Part shown: piece after piece, positions 63,897 to 64,000 of the stretch
How the letters are laid out: the number at the start of each line of letters is the position of its first letter
How positions within the stretch are numbered: position 1 is the first letter of the stretch
Translations under genes and position numbers: made by a program
The notes under the pieces: model-generated
What the model saw: the letters and a program-made list of their open reading frames with translations, nothing else
The model's database searches: none
What the model was told of the DNA's origin: nothing
Sequence record: PX880101.1
DNA: 64,000 nt
From: a phage
Direction: 5' to 3' (one strand)

Positions 63897-64000
63897 TTAT
63901 TCCTCTACAATCTCATACACATCAGGAGTTACAATCAACTCTTCTCCATTACCAGGTGCAACAAACACCACCAAACCCTCAGGTGTGTGCTTTTTAGCCA
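63897..64000 (-). CDS. hypothetical protein (3' end only; gene starts beyond the window)
   Basis: Minus-strand frame open from the window edge to a stop at 63897-63899. Confidence 0.3.
   Translation of the reverse strand, partial: AKKHTPEGLVVFVAPGNGEELIVTPDVYEIVEE

Noticed and set aside
1-64000. Prophage or temperate lifestyle signals (integrase, repressor, attachment site)
   Set aside because: No tyrosine or serine recombinase motifs, no CI-like repressor and no tRNA-adjacent attachment site seen; the architecture is that of a virulent phage.

Overview
The window reads as a contiguous piece of a large, probably virulent, tailed phage genome (Caudoviricetes; host likely a Gammaproteobacterium, judging from sigma70-like promoters and Shine-Dalgarno sites). 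No integrase, repressor, tRNA, rRNA or CRISPR array was found by eye. All calls are from reading the sequence and motif recall; no database search was run. Layout: (1) 1-12.3 kb, rightward end of a tail-fibre module, including two paralogous fibre genes and a 1877-aa protein, closed by a bidirectional terminator. (2) 12.4-19.1 kb, leftward accessory block with a HAD phosphatase and a VWA/HExxH metallopeptidase protein. (3) 19.1-19.2 kb, back-to-back divergent promoters. (4) 19.2-44.6 kb, rightward replication/nucleotide module: MoxR-like AAA+ ATPase, SleB-like cell-wall hydrolase, GHKL-type ATPase, Dda-like helicase, C5-methyltransferase-like protein, T7-like primase-helicase, family-A DNA polymerase, HNH endonuclease, macro-domain protein. 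(5) 44.6-45.6 kb, ORF-free repeat-rich region, a candidate origin. (6) 45.6-56.3 kb, about 30 small rightward early genes, most with a TTGACA/TATAAT-like promoter and a conserved leader hairpin. (7) 56.3-58.8 kb, ORF-free convergent region dense in repeats. (8) 58.8-64 kb, leftward small-gene block. The strongest finding is an apparently unannotated 276-nt group I intron splitting the DNA polymerase gene at motif C. Other leads are the repeated promoter-stem-loop cassettes, a GC-rich element present in inverted copies around the early array, and several candidate counter-defence genes.
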